Below, in pieces: positions 1 to 13,670 of a stretch of 64,000 bases of DNA. The translations under genes and the position numbers were made by a program. Each line of letters begins with the position of its first letter. Positions within the stretch are counted from its first letter, which is position 1. This DNA comes from the human T2T-CHM13v2.0 reference genome, Homo sapiens: NCBI RefSeq assembly GCF_009914755.1, contig NC_060931.1; one strand, written 5' to 3'. Under the pieces are notes generated by a model, which saw only the letters and a list, made by a program, of their open reading frames with translations, was not told the origin of the DNA and searched no databases.

Positions 1-1209
1 CATAAAGCATTCTCAGATAAATAAGATTCACACAAGGGATTAAATCTGTTTAGTCCTGCTCAAGGTTATGAAGCAAGTATAATAGAGAAAGGCTTTTAGA
101 AATCTACTTGAATAAGCCATTTTGATCTTTTTATCTTAATTGCTTTTTATCTCCTGATAGTTTGCTTCTCAGCTTTGGTGTTGGGTTAAAAAAAATTTTT
201 GGTCTGCCTTTACTTTGTGCTTGTTTGCCTGATGTAATGACAATTGTGTGTCTGTAATATTCATTCCAAACTATATTGTTTATACTCTTTGTTTAAATGG
301 TTTGTTTCAGAAATATTTAAGAAGATTTCTCTACCTAAAATAAACATTTTGAAGAACCATTTAGGAGTAAGAGAGATGATGACTAGTGTGTTTTGTGTTA
401 AGCACAACTGTGGCTCATAGGGTGAAATCTTTGCTACATTGCAAAAATAGTTTCAATCTCTCTTCATTAAAGCAAATAATTTGGTTGCCTGAAAGTCTAA
501 AATACCTGGGTCATCCAAACGGAAATCAAAAGGCTGAGATATGTGTGGCATTTGTTATTTGAATTCCTACACCTTTCTGTGCTAGTGTTAACCAGCAGGT
601 AAATTGTGAAATGCAATGAAATGCAAAGCTTAAAATAAAATCAGGTCATAAGCTGATCTATTTACAATTTGATATAATATTAACAAATTCTTACTGGAAA
701 GTTTTATGACATTTATTTGGTGTAGGAGAGAAACCAATCTTACTTTGAATACCTAACACATGTAATTGGCTCTTCTATAAAAACGTGGTCCTTTAATGTG
801 ACTTCTTAATATCTGAAAAGTCATTGGGTAGGGGAAAAAAAACAAAAAAACAGAAACATGCAATAACATTAACATATATGAAATCAAGAACAAAGCAAAT
901 CTAAATAGTGTTTTAAAAGGATCTATATTATATTTTACTATGAACAGTTGATACAAGAATTTTAAATAGGCACTAGATCATTTTGAAGCAATCTGTTTGA
1001 AAACTCAAACTTTTTTGAGTGAACAGTTTTTTATAGTGAACACAGCTGTGGAATGAGCAGTGTTCACTATAGAATTGTGGAAACATAAGAAATAACTTAT
1101 TAAAAGTGTTAAAAAATGGTTTGATAAAACTTATAGCTCCATGACTAGAGATATCTGCATATACTATAATATGTATGTATATTTTGTTTTGGTTTTTCTA
1201 AGTTGGCTT

Positions 1210-2046
1210 TGAGGTGTCTTTTAGGAAAGTGGCTATAAAATCTAGCCCTGCCCAGATGGGGCTCCAGGGAATTTGGTCATCGATGTTTACAGTATGTCTT
1301 TCATGGGATACTTCTTCATCCTGGTGGACAGCCTGATGGCTAAATGTCCAACTTGTAACCAGGTGTCCTGTTCACAGGAAACTTCTTTATAGTGGCACTT
1401 GCTTTTATGGCTCTTGTCTTACCTGTGTCTCATTTATTCCTACTAAGATTGCCACTGTCTTGGAGAGCCATGACTGGGAAAGATGTTAGGTTCAAGTGTG
1501 TTGGTCAGGTGAGGCAGCACAGAGGAGGCAACACAACAAAACACTTAAAATAACTGAATCAATTGATTATTTACAGATCTCAGAATGAAGAGAGCAGCAT
1601 CACAGGACCAAGGGGAAGAGGGGAGCTGTCGGAGACAGCACACTCAACCAGCAGGGTAGAGAGAAAGAGAGAAAAAGAGGGATAATGGGCTGAAGCCTTT
1701 GTTGGGGCCCAGGATATTACCCAAGCAGGTTTCCCTTGGGTTTGGAGCAAGCAGGCATGAATTCCACAGTGTCACGCTGTGACTGAGAGGGGGTCACCGC
1801 AGCACATCTGCAAACTCCATGCAGGGCATGGGGGTTGGTGGGGCAAGTCAAGTAGGTTGTATCTAGCTCCGTAGGGAGGTGATTACTAGGAGACAGTTGT
1901 ATAAGGCAGATATCTGGCTCACTACATTGAGGAATTGGGAAGAGGTGTAGAACTGGAAACTGTCAAGCCAGGCTTCTGGTATGAGAAAGTTAAACTTATA
2001 TTCAAAATGGATGTGGAGGCAACATGAAATTCTAGGAATTTTCTAC
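1210..2046 (-). mobile_element. Solo LTR, ERVL class (MER54/MER74-like)
   Basis: GC-richer block of about 830 bp with TG...CA ends and motifs recalled from the MER54/73/74 group (ggaaacttctttatagtggca; gttaggttcaagtgtgttggtcaggtgag). Family name is from memory. Confidence 0.45.
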
Positions 2047-2899
2047 ATTGCATGTATGTGTGATAGAATTCAGATGTACATTCAGTTTATATATAAAGAC
2101 TTTCAGAGCTTATGATGGGGTATGGTAACTTTAGGGCCCATTTTAATCTAAAAAAAGAAAAAAAAATGAGTTCCTTAAAAAAATTGTCCACAGTGTATAG
2201 GGTAGATATAGTATTGAAATAAAAAAATAATTAATATGTCATTTGAATCATAACATGTTGTGTTGAAAATTAGTGTTAAACTTTATACAAGTCTAATAAA
2301 AATGATTTTGTTTTAAATTATGATTTACCAAACAACATTCAAAATATTATTTTCCAAGGGAAGCAAAGACAAATGTGATTATTATGAAAAATTAATAGTA
2401 GATAATGTAAAGAAATAGCTTTATTATTTTACAAAAATTTCCGCACTTGTTTACTATAAGCTAAAATTACATATGAAAAAAAAAATCACATAGCTGGCAT
2501 TAACATATAACTACAGTGTAAAATTACTGATTTACATGTGGCTGTAAAACTTTACACCATTACATGTTCCATAAATATATATTTTTCAAATGAATATAAT
2601 AAACTGAATATTTATAGTTGCGCATCTGACCCTATTAAGTTAGAAATGTATGGGAAATTCTTAAAACCCAGATTTTTCACTCAGCAATAAATGTGAATAA
2701 AAATTATTTATCTTAATGTTAATCTCAAAGTAATATAAATGGTACATTAGATCTAATTTTTTCTTAGAAGATTATATCTTGAAAATTTATATTATCTTTA
2801 TTATTTAAAAATCAGTTTAATTCTATTATTTGTTTGATAATATATTCATCAAATATTTTTAGGCATCTATTATTTTAAATTCTCTGCAGAACTATATGC

Positions 2900-3012
2900 T
2901 ACCAAGAGTCAGGAGATATAAGATTTGGTTTCAATTCTGTTACTAAGTTATTGTGCTGCCTTCTAATTAATCAACTATTTTTCTCTGTTTCACTGTCCTC
3001 ATTTGTGAGAAA
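2900..3012 (+). mobile_element. MIR fragment
   Basis: Degenerate MIR core (gagtcaggaga...tcaattctgttactaag...tctctgtttcactgtcctcatttgt). Confidence 0.45.
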
Positions 3013-3520
3013 GAATCTCAATCTGTAATTGAGACATGGTTTCTGCTCTTAGGGGCTTCATAGTGTATTAGGAGAGAAGACGATAGTATAGAATGTTACA
3101 AGTGTTGTAATCAAAAATGTTCAGGTGGCAGAAATTTCTTCTGGTTAATCGGAAACCCTCTTGGAGAAGGTAGCAGATGAAATTGAATAGGGAAATTAGT
3201 AGAATATAATTTTTCAAATAAAGATGGTGGAATAAATTATTGTAGGTGAAATGAAAGCAAGGAGAGAAGGTATGGAATTTGGAAAGCTATAGTGTTTCTA
3301 GAACTTTCTGGTTCATGACCCAATTGGTGTGTCAGTAACTATTTACATCAGTCTTAGGCCAAAGGAAATACTTGACAGATTAATTTATTGGGTAGTTTTA
3401 AGTCCAAACAAATTATAGTTCACATGGTATGCAACAAATATCAGCATACTTTCTTGGAATATTTAAAGATCCTGTAGTGCCACTAAGAGTTTACTCAAGT
3501 GCCCCACGGCACCTTGCTTC

Positions 3521-4127
3521 TGTAAACCAAAAAGTATCTAAGACAGGACTCAATTAATTTAGAAGTTTATTTTGCAAAGGTTAAGGACATCCCCATGACA
3601 CATCCTCAGGAAGCCCTAAAAACATGTGCTCAAGGTGGTCACGCTACAGTTTGGTTTTATACTTTTTAGGGAGACATAAGACATCAATCAATACATGTTA
3701 GACAACGTTGGTTTGGTCCAGAAAGGTGGGACAGCTCAAACTGGGGGCTTCTAGGTTATAGGTGGATTCAAAGATTTTCTGGTTGCAATTGGTTGAAAGA
3801 GTTTATCTAAAGACCTGGAATCAATAGAAGGGAGTGTCTGGGTTAAGATAAGGGGTTGTGGAGACCAAGACTTTTATTATGCAGATGAAACCTCCAGGTA
3901 GTAGGAGAGAATAGATTATTTTAAGGTCTCCATTTTAATGTTAATGCTGGTCAATTTTGCCTGAATTCCAAAGGAAGGAGGGTATAATGGGATATGTCCA
4001 ACTTTGCATTCCCATCATGGTCTGAACTTATGTTTCAGGTCAACTTTGAAATGCCCTTGGCTGAGAGAAAAGTTTCATTCAGTTGGTCGGGGGGTTGGGG
4101 AGCATAGAATTTAATTTTTGGTTTACA
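3521..4127 (-). mobile_element. Solo LTR, ERV1 MER4 family
   Basis: Terminal inverted ends tgtaaaccaaaaa...tttttggtttaca. MER4-type motifs (agaagtttattttgcaaaggttaaggac; catgtgctcaaggtggtc). Flanks cttc/gttc resemble a 4-bp TSD. Confidence 0.75.
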
Positions 4128-4315
4128 GTTCACAGTTTGGGAAGCATAGTTGTAGTGTGTTTGGTTATAATGCATTCAGATTATGGCAAAGGAGTTTTTG
4201 TTATGTTTTGTTTACAGCATGAGCCACATGTAAGACTGTAAATGAAAAGCCCCAATGAAAGAAGGGCTTACACAATCTAGTCTATCTGTGAACTAGCATG
4301 TAAAAAGAATCCAGA

Positions 4316-4601
4316 GGCTGGGTGTGGTGGCTCACACCTGTAATCCCAGCACTTTGGGAAGCAGAGGCAGGAGGATCACCTGAGGTCAGGAGTTCAAGAC
4401 CAGCCTTGCCAACATGGTGAAACCCCGTCTCTACAAAAATACAAAAATTAGCTGAGTATGATGATGGGTGCCTGTAATCCCAGCTACTTGGGAGGCTGAG
4501 GTGGGAGAATCACTTGAACCCAGTGGGGTGGAGGCTTCAGTGAGCTGAGATCACGCCATTGCACTCCAGCCTGGGCAAGAGAGTGAGACTCTGCCTCAAA
4601 A
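4316..4601 (+). mobile_element. AluS (Sx/Sz-like)
   Basis: Full dimeric Alu: ggctgggtgtggtggctcac...ggatcacctgaggtcaggagttc...ctgcctcaaaa. Confidence 0.95.
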
Positions 4602-6249
4602 TACACAGAAATTGGAGGGAATAAAAAAAAAAGTTCAAATATCAAATTCAATCTTCTTGAGAAAGATTAAGGGAAAGATCCACTTTATACATACAGCAAG
4701 GCTTCTTCACCCTTTTTCCCCTCAATTTTATGCTAAATTCTTTCCCACTTGCTCTGACCTTTGGTCTATCCCTACTACTTTTCAATTTATGAATTGCGAA
4801 ACATCCTGGAAATGGTTTGCAAAGCTTTAGAGGAGAGAGAGAAAGCATAGTAGAATCATCATAAACAAATATTACAATCTTATTTGTGCAGAAGTATGTA
4901 GAACATGGAGACTATATACACACAAATAAATATTGTGCCGGTCACATATTCCTCCATTTCGTGAACCATCATGAAAGGGCTCAGTCTTTAATTGTGCCAT
5001 CTAGTGACTCTAATTTGGTCTATCTCATCCCTTTCTTCCATATTTACTGGTATGCCTTTGAAGGTATTTATTTGGTCTCCAAAGTTTTCTTCTTAGAAAT
5101 CTAAGAGCAAAGGAATGTGGGGCTTTCTGTGGGATAAATGCATCAATGTTAGAGTTTTTCTTCAATGTCTGTGTTCCTAGCAGGATGAGAAATATAGTGT
5201 ATAATCTGAGTTCTTCCCCTCATGAAGGCAGACTGCCATTAGATATTCCCCAATGTCACAAATAAAGAAATGCTAATCTCACTCAAATCTTTCAGCTGTC
5301 TAGCAATAAATGTTGGGTTTGGCCCACACTAACTATTGTTTCTAAAACGCCATCAGGTGACTGCGTAATTCCTAAGAGGTACCCACTTGCTGACCTGTCT
5401 GCCACACTGGAACCTGATGAATGGGCACAGCCTCCTACTACGCTCTGACCTTGTTTGATGTGGTGGTAGTGGGAGGCAGCAAGAGTCCCCTGACCACCAA
5501 TGGAAAAATGTAATTCCAGCCACCAGCACCTTGATGGCTGGACTATAATTGAAAAGGATAAGCATATGTTATTACTTTCAACTACCAAAACTACCAGTGT
5601 GGCAGGCCTTAGCTCCAGCATTCAGCACTTGATTATGGAGCAGCATCATGATAGTCATTCTCTCTTCCTTAACCCTTTTTAGCTTCAACAGTTCAGAAAG
5701 TTTACGGGAGTTTTATGGAGGACCAAGGCTGACACGAAGTCACTCATGAGCAAATCTGGTTCACCTATTCTTATTAACCAAGCCATGCAGCTCTCCCTCC
5801 ATGGCAGGGTATGGGGGTGTGGGCTAGGGGGTGGGGAATACTGCTTTACTACTCCTTTCAGTCTTACTATAGAGATGTTAATTACATGATTATCATCTAA
5901 ACATATTAATTTCTTTCCTAAGCAATTGTCATATGGCTTTAGTAAGGCAGAGAAACAATCCTCCAAAGAAAGGAGTGTCCTGTTGGATTCAAAGCAGTGG
6001 ATTTTCTCTCATGCTGAGTCTTTGAATGCTTTCTTACAAAAACTTGCTCACCCTACAAAAGCAAACCCCTGGCTCACCCCTGTTAAGATCCCCCACTTCT
6101 TTTCTGTTTTAATTATTCAAAATTTGAATCCCAAAAGATTAAAAACACAGCTGGCAAAGATAAAACCCTCAGAAGGCAATGGGAGGGTGAAAAGGGAGAG
6201 AACAAAGATCACACTTTTTTTTAAGTGGGAAGGTGAGGAAAGAGATGTT

Positions 6250-6751
6250 TAGAGCTGAGAATGCTCTATAATGTAGAATGGGAATAAAAGCTTGGAGGGT
6301 ATTAAGGCTAAAGGCTAGAAGAAAGAATTTGAATACCCAGCCAAATAAGTTAGCTTTCTTCTACAAATGATAACAAGGCATTAATTTTTATTATCCTTTC
6401 AAGTATGAGAAAAAAGTGAATCAGATAGAGACGTGCATTAGGACAAAATGCATGGGGTAGACATGACTGGAGTTAAAGCCAACAGCTATGATGATAACAC
6501 ACAGCCAGGTATGGAGTAGTGAAGACTCAAGCCTGGCTGGTGGCAGTGAGAATTAAAACAATGGGAGAGAGTTTAAAGAAATGAAAGATTGTGCAAAGAT
6601 AAACTCAAGAGAACATGGTGGCATGCATACATCTGGTGGAAAACAGAGGAAGGAGTCAAGTTTGGCTTTAAAGTTTTATGTATCAGTGACTAACAATTAA
6701 AAAGTGCTATTAGTACAGTGAGGGAGATTTGGAGGATTAAACCTGGCCCTC
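6250..6751 (-). mobile_element. L2 fragment (antisense)
   Basis: Purine-rich L2-type text (ggtggcagtgagaatt...gaggaaggagtcaag). Confidence 0.5.
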
Positions 6752-6852
6752 CCTTGATGGTGTCCCTTGAGGACAAGAGGACCAGGCTTAATCCTCCAAA
6801 TCTTCCTCAACGTACCAATGGCACTTTTTGATTGTTAGTCACTGATACGTAA
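6676..6852. repeat. Inverted repeat, 76-bp arms (6676-6751 and 6777-6852), 25-bp spacer
   Basis: Manual alignment of the left arm to the reverse complement of the right arm gives 67/76 identical with no gaps. Confidence 0.95.
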
Positions 6853-7134
6853 GTGCTTAGTGCTCACAAGTACTTCTCATGTTGCTGAGCTCTTACTGAT
6901 TCATACTGGTCTTCATTGTCACTTCCAGACCAAGTTACCTACCTTCTTCCTACCATGACCAGCTTTGAATCTCATGTCATCACTTTGGAGGATCTATTTC
7001 CCCTCCTTTTTGCAGCACCTACGTAATAGGCCCTTCATTTATGAAGATTTTAGCTCATGTTTTATTGAAGCTCTCCCCAACATTATTACTCCTACCCAAA
7101 TTCTGTGTGATTTCAATAGCTTTAGTGACAATTA

Positions 7135-7370
7135 CCACGGGTACAATGTGTATCAATTTCTGCCAGGCACTGTTTTAAGTACCCTATATATATTAACTCA
7201 TTTAACTCCCATAACAAGCCCATTAATTAGATATTATAATCATCATTTGATACTATAATTCCCATTTTATAGATGGAGAATTGAGGCACAGAACAATTAA
7301 ATAAATTGTCCACAGTCATTCAGCTAAGAAGACTACTGGATGTGAGTCAAGGCATTAAGGCTCCAAAGTC
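7135..7370 (-). mobile_element. MIR
   Basis: tgccaggcactgttttaag...cccattttatagatggagaattgaggcacaga, the antisense MIR core. Confidence 0.8.
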
Positions 7371-7956
7371 CATGCTCTTATTTGCTCTGAAATATTGGTG
7401 GGTAGATGGTGTTTCAGTTCCTGATCTCCTGTCCTCCAACAACTGTACTCTTGACCCTAACAAAGCTGCTCATTCCTTTGATTATAACTTAGATCTTCTC
7501 TGTGATTGCAAACCTCTTTAATCTCATTTTCAAATATTTAATTTGCCAACTCTTTCCTCTCAATTTTCTAGCTCTGAATTAGATGGAACCAAATAAAGCA
7601 ATCCTTTGACATACAATTCATTAATTCTACCATCCTTTTATTGTATCTTACTCCATCAAGTCTTTACTTCCTCCTTATCCAGCTTAAATTTTAGAGTCAA
7701 TCCTTACCACTCTTTGGCATGTACACTCAACTATCTTGACCTTCTCTTTTCTGTAGATTTGCTGAATCAAATATAATCGTCGTTTAATTGGTTTAGTTCA
7801 ATCCTTTGTCTAATCCTAGACAATATCCATATGGTTGAACAAATCTAGAGAAAAACACACAACCATCCTGTCAGTTTTCATTTTATGTTCATGATCAAGG
7901 ACCTGAATGATCATGTTATATTTCCTCTGTCCATTACCTCTCCCAGTCTCTTGGAC

Positions 7957-8910
7957 CTGTGATTCTCAAAATTGAATCCACAGTGCCTTGAGAGTTCCCA
8001 TGACCTTTGCAGGGGATCTTGAGATCACAACTATTTTCATGCCAATATTTACATGTTGTTTGCTTGCTTTACTATGTTGACATTAGCTTCAAAGGCATAA
8101 AAGCACTAGAGGGTAAAATTGTTTGTGTCTTAACACAGTTAAGGCACTGGGACCAAACTGTAGTTGAAATCTCCAAAAAGCACATTCACTTAAATTTTAT
8201 AAGTCAGTTTCACTTAAGAAAGTCCTATTAGAAGCAGTAAAACTATTAATATTAAATCTCAACCCTTGGATATATGTCTTTTTAATATTCTTTGAGACAC
8301 AAAGTATTTCTGCTGCATACTAAAATTCAAGAATTGTCTCTAGAAAAAGCACGTGTGCCATTTTATGGAACACTATTTTTATTTGAAAGAACAACCGACA
8401 AATTATTGTTATTCGTAACTGGGTATTTGGCAGATATTTTCTCACAAATGAAGAAAGCGAGTCTTTCATTTCAAGAAAAGCAACTGACATGATTTATTGC
8501 CAGTGATAAATGTCTTGCTTTCAAATGAAAATCAGAATTGTGGACAACTTTTGTCTGCCACAGAGGGCTCCCTAATAGTTAAAGACTTTTTTTTTTCCCT
8601 GAAGAAATTAAGGGTGATATAAATGAAAGTGATTTTTTAAAAATATTGTATATTTGCAGAACTCAGTGAGCAAATATTTTCCAAATGACTGAAACATGAT
8701 GTTATAAAGTCACTCATGAGTAAAAAATCCAATGAATGAACAAGTGTAACAGACTTCAGTGTAACAGAATACAAAATGTTTATTGATGTGACTTCAGATT
8801 TTTCATTGCAACTAGCCTTTAAAAGGCTATACTACAGGAGTGACAAAGAAGACTATCCACTATTATCTAAGAAAGTGATTACTCCCTTTAACAACCACAT
8901 ATTTGTGGGA
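7957..8910 (+). mobile_element. Charlie1-type hAT DNA transposon relic
   Basis: ORF 8292-8492 ends GYLADIFSQMKKASLSFQEKQLT, resembling the hAT-Charlie transposase motif YLADIF...SLQ. Terminus-like text ctgtgattctcaaa at the left end. Confidence 0.7.
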
Positions 8911-10914
8911 GGCCAAACAAGCATTGCTCTGTGTGACCCCTTCCTCTCTGATATACTGAGAGCTCAGTAGATGGTTTGCGCTCTGCCAGGTTTTTGCAGG
9001 CAGCTCTCCTCTATCCCTCAAATCTATTTTATATTTGTTTCTTTGGTTTCTTGTGGTGCAGGTGTCTCTGTTCCCTCTACATAGTCCCGGTCTCTCTCCT
9101 TCAGTGCTTTTTCCTTTGAGTCTCAATGCAGAAACCAGAGTGATTGTGTAAAATACACAAATCAGATTATATCATGCCTTTTCTTTAATCCTTCAATGTT
9201 TTCTCAACTTAGTTATTTTAAAAGCTTAGAATGGCCTAGATGTTACACACAGGATCTGGCTCCCTGTTAACTTCCTAACTTCATTTCCTATTGTTTCCCA
9301 CTTTGCTCACTGCATTGCAACCACGCTGGTGTCCTTGCTTTTGTTGAACATTAGGCAACCTTCTGCTTCAGGGTCTTTGCTTATGCCCTCTGCCTGGAAT
9401 GCTTGTCCCCCATATATCCACATGGCTGGCCATCTCTCTTCTTCAGGTCTTTACCCAATATAATCTCAGGGAGAACTAACATAACTACCCCTTTTAAAAT
9501 TTGTAACTCTCTCTACTCTACCATTTACTATTCTCTTTCAGAGATCTATATTTTCCCCATAGCATTTACTAACATCTAGAGTACTATATCATCTATTTTT
9601 AATTTTCTGTTATAGTTTTCACCATTCTAGAATGTGAGCCTCATGGAGGTAGGAGTCTGTGATTTTTTTGGTACACTGCTATAATCCATTACCTTAAGCA
9701 GGATCTGACAATAGATGGGAATTAATAAGTTGTTGTTAATGGAATGAAGTGAATAAACACTCATGAGTGCCTATCTAGGCACTGTGCCAAATTCTAGAGA
9801 CCAAATGATGAAGAAGACATAGAACCCAGCTAAAGAGACAGAGTATGTGAGGAAAGAGAAGATACAGGGTATATAGTAGGGAAAGAATTAAAGGAAATTG
9901 GTTTATGTGGCACGTGACTTTACTTTTTATTGTGTTTTCCATTGATAATTAAAATTTACAATGTTTATGTAAATGACATTGAGCTTAATATATTTTTATG
10001 TAAAGAGCTCCATGACCATCCTCCCAAGAACATTTATACATGTCAGATACAAAGAATCAAACTGATATACTGAATAAGTAGTTTTTAAATACTGCTACTT
10101 ATAGAAGAATAAACTGACATTAGCATTTTTATAAATTAGAGCTATAATGATTAAAAAAAATCAGCTATTTGAAGCAAGAAAATTAAGAACAAACTATCAG
10201 AATCCACCAGCCTAGCTCAAATGTATGAAGTGTTCCTATTTGGAAACATAACTTGGTTGACACATTGAATCCCTCTTCTAACACGTTACTCAAAATCATG
10301 TGTGAATTACATATGTAAAGCATAGATGACTTGGCTTAAGAATTTAAATGCCATCTTCTTCTTCTTCTTTTTTTGCTGCAGTTTGCTAGCTGTGGAAATG
10401 ACACTAGCTATGACATAGTATATGCTGACTTAAGGCTACTTTATAGCAAATGTTTTGAGGATCTACATCCCACTGTAATACAGACACAATCATGTCTTTT
10501 ACTAAATTTTAAACAGTAATAGGAAGAGTTTGTTGGATAATGAAATACATACGGATGAATCCAAGCAAAGAGGTGTTAGACAAAGTGTCAGATGAACAAA
10601 ACAAACTGGAAGATTTTCATTCTTGGCTAAAAGTCTTCAGAAAATAACAAATTGTAAGAAAGTTATTAGTGATATTTATATTTTTTTCATTCAAATTACC
10701 TAATTGAGGGTCTGAAAATATGACCTCTCTATATTCCCATGTAAAAAAAAAATATTTGTTCTATTCAGTATTTTAATCAGACTGTTTATCAGTTCTCACT
10801 TGTGCATCCTTTTACATTTCTTACATATATATGAGTTGAATATGAAGTAATTTTACTTTTTGCTCTAGACATTGGGAAAAAAAATCCCAAATCTCAAATT
10901 TAAATGTTTTTTTA

Positions 10915-11210
<296 letters not shown>

Positions 11211-11391
11211 CTTTAAAGTTTTTCACTTACATTTTTAACCCAGAGGATTAAATTATTCTATTGATTATCTTCTTTCTAATTACAAGTATATAGACTGTGC
11301 TATAAATATTCCAGAAAAAACTGGACGGTATCCACTATTATTCCATAAAATAACTTGGACTTTCAGAGAAGAATTAGAATTAAGAATTACT

Positions 11392-11693
<302 letters not shown>

Positions 11694-12894
11694 TTACCAG
11701 TGCAACTAAGTACCCATTGATTTCTTACACTCATTGATGTTTGGAAGTTTGCAGTATGGTAAATAATTTATTAGGAAACAAGGGATTTTATCAGATTTTC
11801 TCTAACAAAATTATATTGTTTGATAATGAGTGATTACATGTAGGACTTCAATACTGTAGCAAATTAATATAATATTAAAAAGCACAACATTGTATTCAAA
11901 TAAATAGAGCAGTGACCAAGTCTCACACTTCTGTGCTCTTTTCCATGCCCCACCTCCTCTGACTGGACTATATTCCTGCCTCCCTTTCACTCTTTCTATC
12001 CCTTCTTTTTATGTTATGCTTTTTCCACTTAAGCAAAAGAATAATTTTATTAGAAGGATACTGGAATATCTTACAAAATTTAGGAGCCACTAGACCTAGA
12101 AGCCAAAATGAGAAAGCCATAAGTGACCCAGTATTAAGTACTTGCTTTTCATTTCTTGCCTCTTCATCTCTCTGGGTACCAGTTTCTTTCACCGTTCTTT
12201 CCAAGCCTGGCTTTTGAGGTCTCTGCAAAGGATGGCAGACCCATAATTCTTGAATTTACATCCCCTAGTTCAAGTTACACCCACCTAGATTAAGTCCAAA
12301 TTTCTAACTCCTAGAAGAGAACATCTGGAGTAGTTTGGGTCAGGGTTTTATTTATAGTCTAGTCAATTGTGGCCAGCAGAGAGAATCTAATAATAACAAT
12401 ATGCCTGTCAAGGATAAGTCCCTGGAGAAGGGTGTGGGGAAGGAAAGGCAATTCTCAGAAGTATGCTGTAACCTTCTGCTTGGCTAGCTTCCTATAAAAC
12501 CATCAAGGGCTAATTTGGGTGTCATCTTTTCTGGTTTAATCCTTCTACCCCCACCACTATCCACATCTGGAGATAAATTTATAGAATTTAGTGCCACTAA
12601 CTAAGCACTCATTTTCTGTTTCTCTCTCTTTCTCTCTCACTGTACAGGAACTTCATCTTCCAGCTTTGTGTGTCTAGTTTTGCTTTGTATCATTGTTCTA
12701 TGGTAAGGACCTAAGAAATGTTTGTAGAATAAAAAGATCAATCCATGTATGAAGGAAGATTAAGATTCATACCTGACCCTGGTTCTTTGCTTGTTTGCCA
12801 AGTATCTATGGCAGTCTTTCATAACAAAAGAAACATAAATGCTTTCGAAATATATAGTGTCTGTAATTTTTAAAGACAATTAACTCTATCTTCT

Positions 12895-13470
12895 CTTTTT
12901 TAAACAACAGCTTTATTGAAATGTAATTCACATACCATCCATCCACTTACAGTGTACAATTCAATGACATTTAGTATATTCAGAGTTGCCCAACCATCAT
13001 CCTAGTTTTAGAACAATTTCATCACCCCTAAAAGAGACCTTGTACCCTTCAGCAGTCACTCCCCATTTCCCTCCAGTCTACCAGTCCTAGACTATCACTT
13101 TCAGTCTCTATGGATTTGTGTACTCTGAACCTTTCATATTAGTGGAATCCTACAATGCATAGGCTTTTGTGACCGGCTTCTTTCATGTGGCATGTTTCCA
13201 GGGTTCATCCATATCAATTGCATGTATCAGTAATTCATTCCTTTTTATAGCCAAATACTTTCAGTTGCATGGCTATATCATATTTTATTTATCCATTCAT
13301 CAGTTGATGGACATTTGGGTTGCTTCTGCTTTTAGGCTATTAGGAATAATGCTACAATGAACATTTTTTCATATCTGGAAGCCTAGGAGTGGAAATGCTA
13401 GATCATAAGGCAACTCATTGTTTAACTTTTTGAAGAAATGCCAGATTGTTTTCTAAAAGGCTGCACCATT
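12895..13470 (-). mobile_element. Old L1M (L1MB-like) 3' end
   Basis: ctttattgaaatgtaattcacatacc...tttatccattcatcagttgatggacatttgggttg. Confidence 0.75.
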
Positions 13471-13474
13471 TTTT

Positions 13475-13670
13475 GAAAGGATGTGAATAAATATTTGTCC
13501 AAAGATGTATAAATTGCCAATAAGCACATGAAAAATGTTCGACATCAATATTAATTAGGGAAATGCATATAAAAACCACTATGAGATGCATTTTACATCC
13601 ATGAGAAAGGCTGTAACTAAAAACACAGATAATAATAATGATTGGTAAAGATGTGGAAAAATTAGAATCT
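13475..13670 (+). mobile_element. Old L1M fragment (ORF2 3' part), inverted relative to its neighbour
   Basis: gccaataagcacatgaaaaatgttc...attagggaaatgcatataaaaaccactatgagatg. Confidence 0.65.

Larger units (their letters stand above)
6853..9755 (+). mobile_element. Fragmented L2 (ORF2 relic to 3' end), interrupted by MIR and Charlie1
   Basis: Pyrimidine-rich L2 text. Typical 3' end ctagaatgtgagcctcatggaggtagg...aataagttgttgttaatggaatgaagtgaat near 9630-9755. Confidence 0.6.

Noticed and set aside
5292-5621. 109-aa ORF as a recognisable protein or named pseudogene
   Set aside because: No family could be matched from memory and no poly(A)/TSD boundaries were seen; kept only as a weak RT-relic finding.
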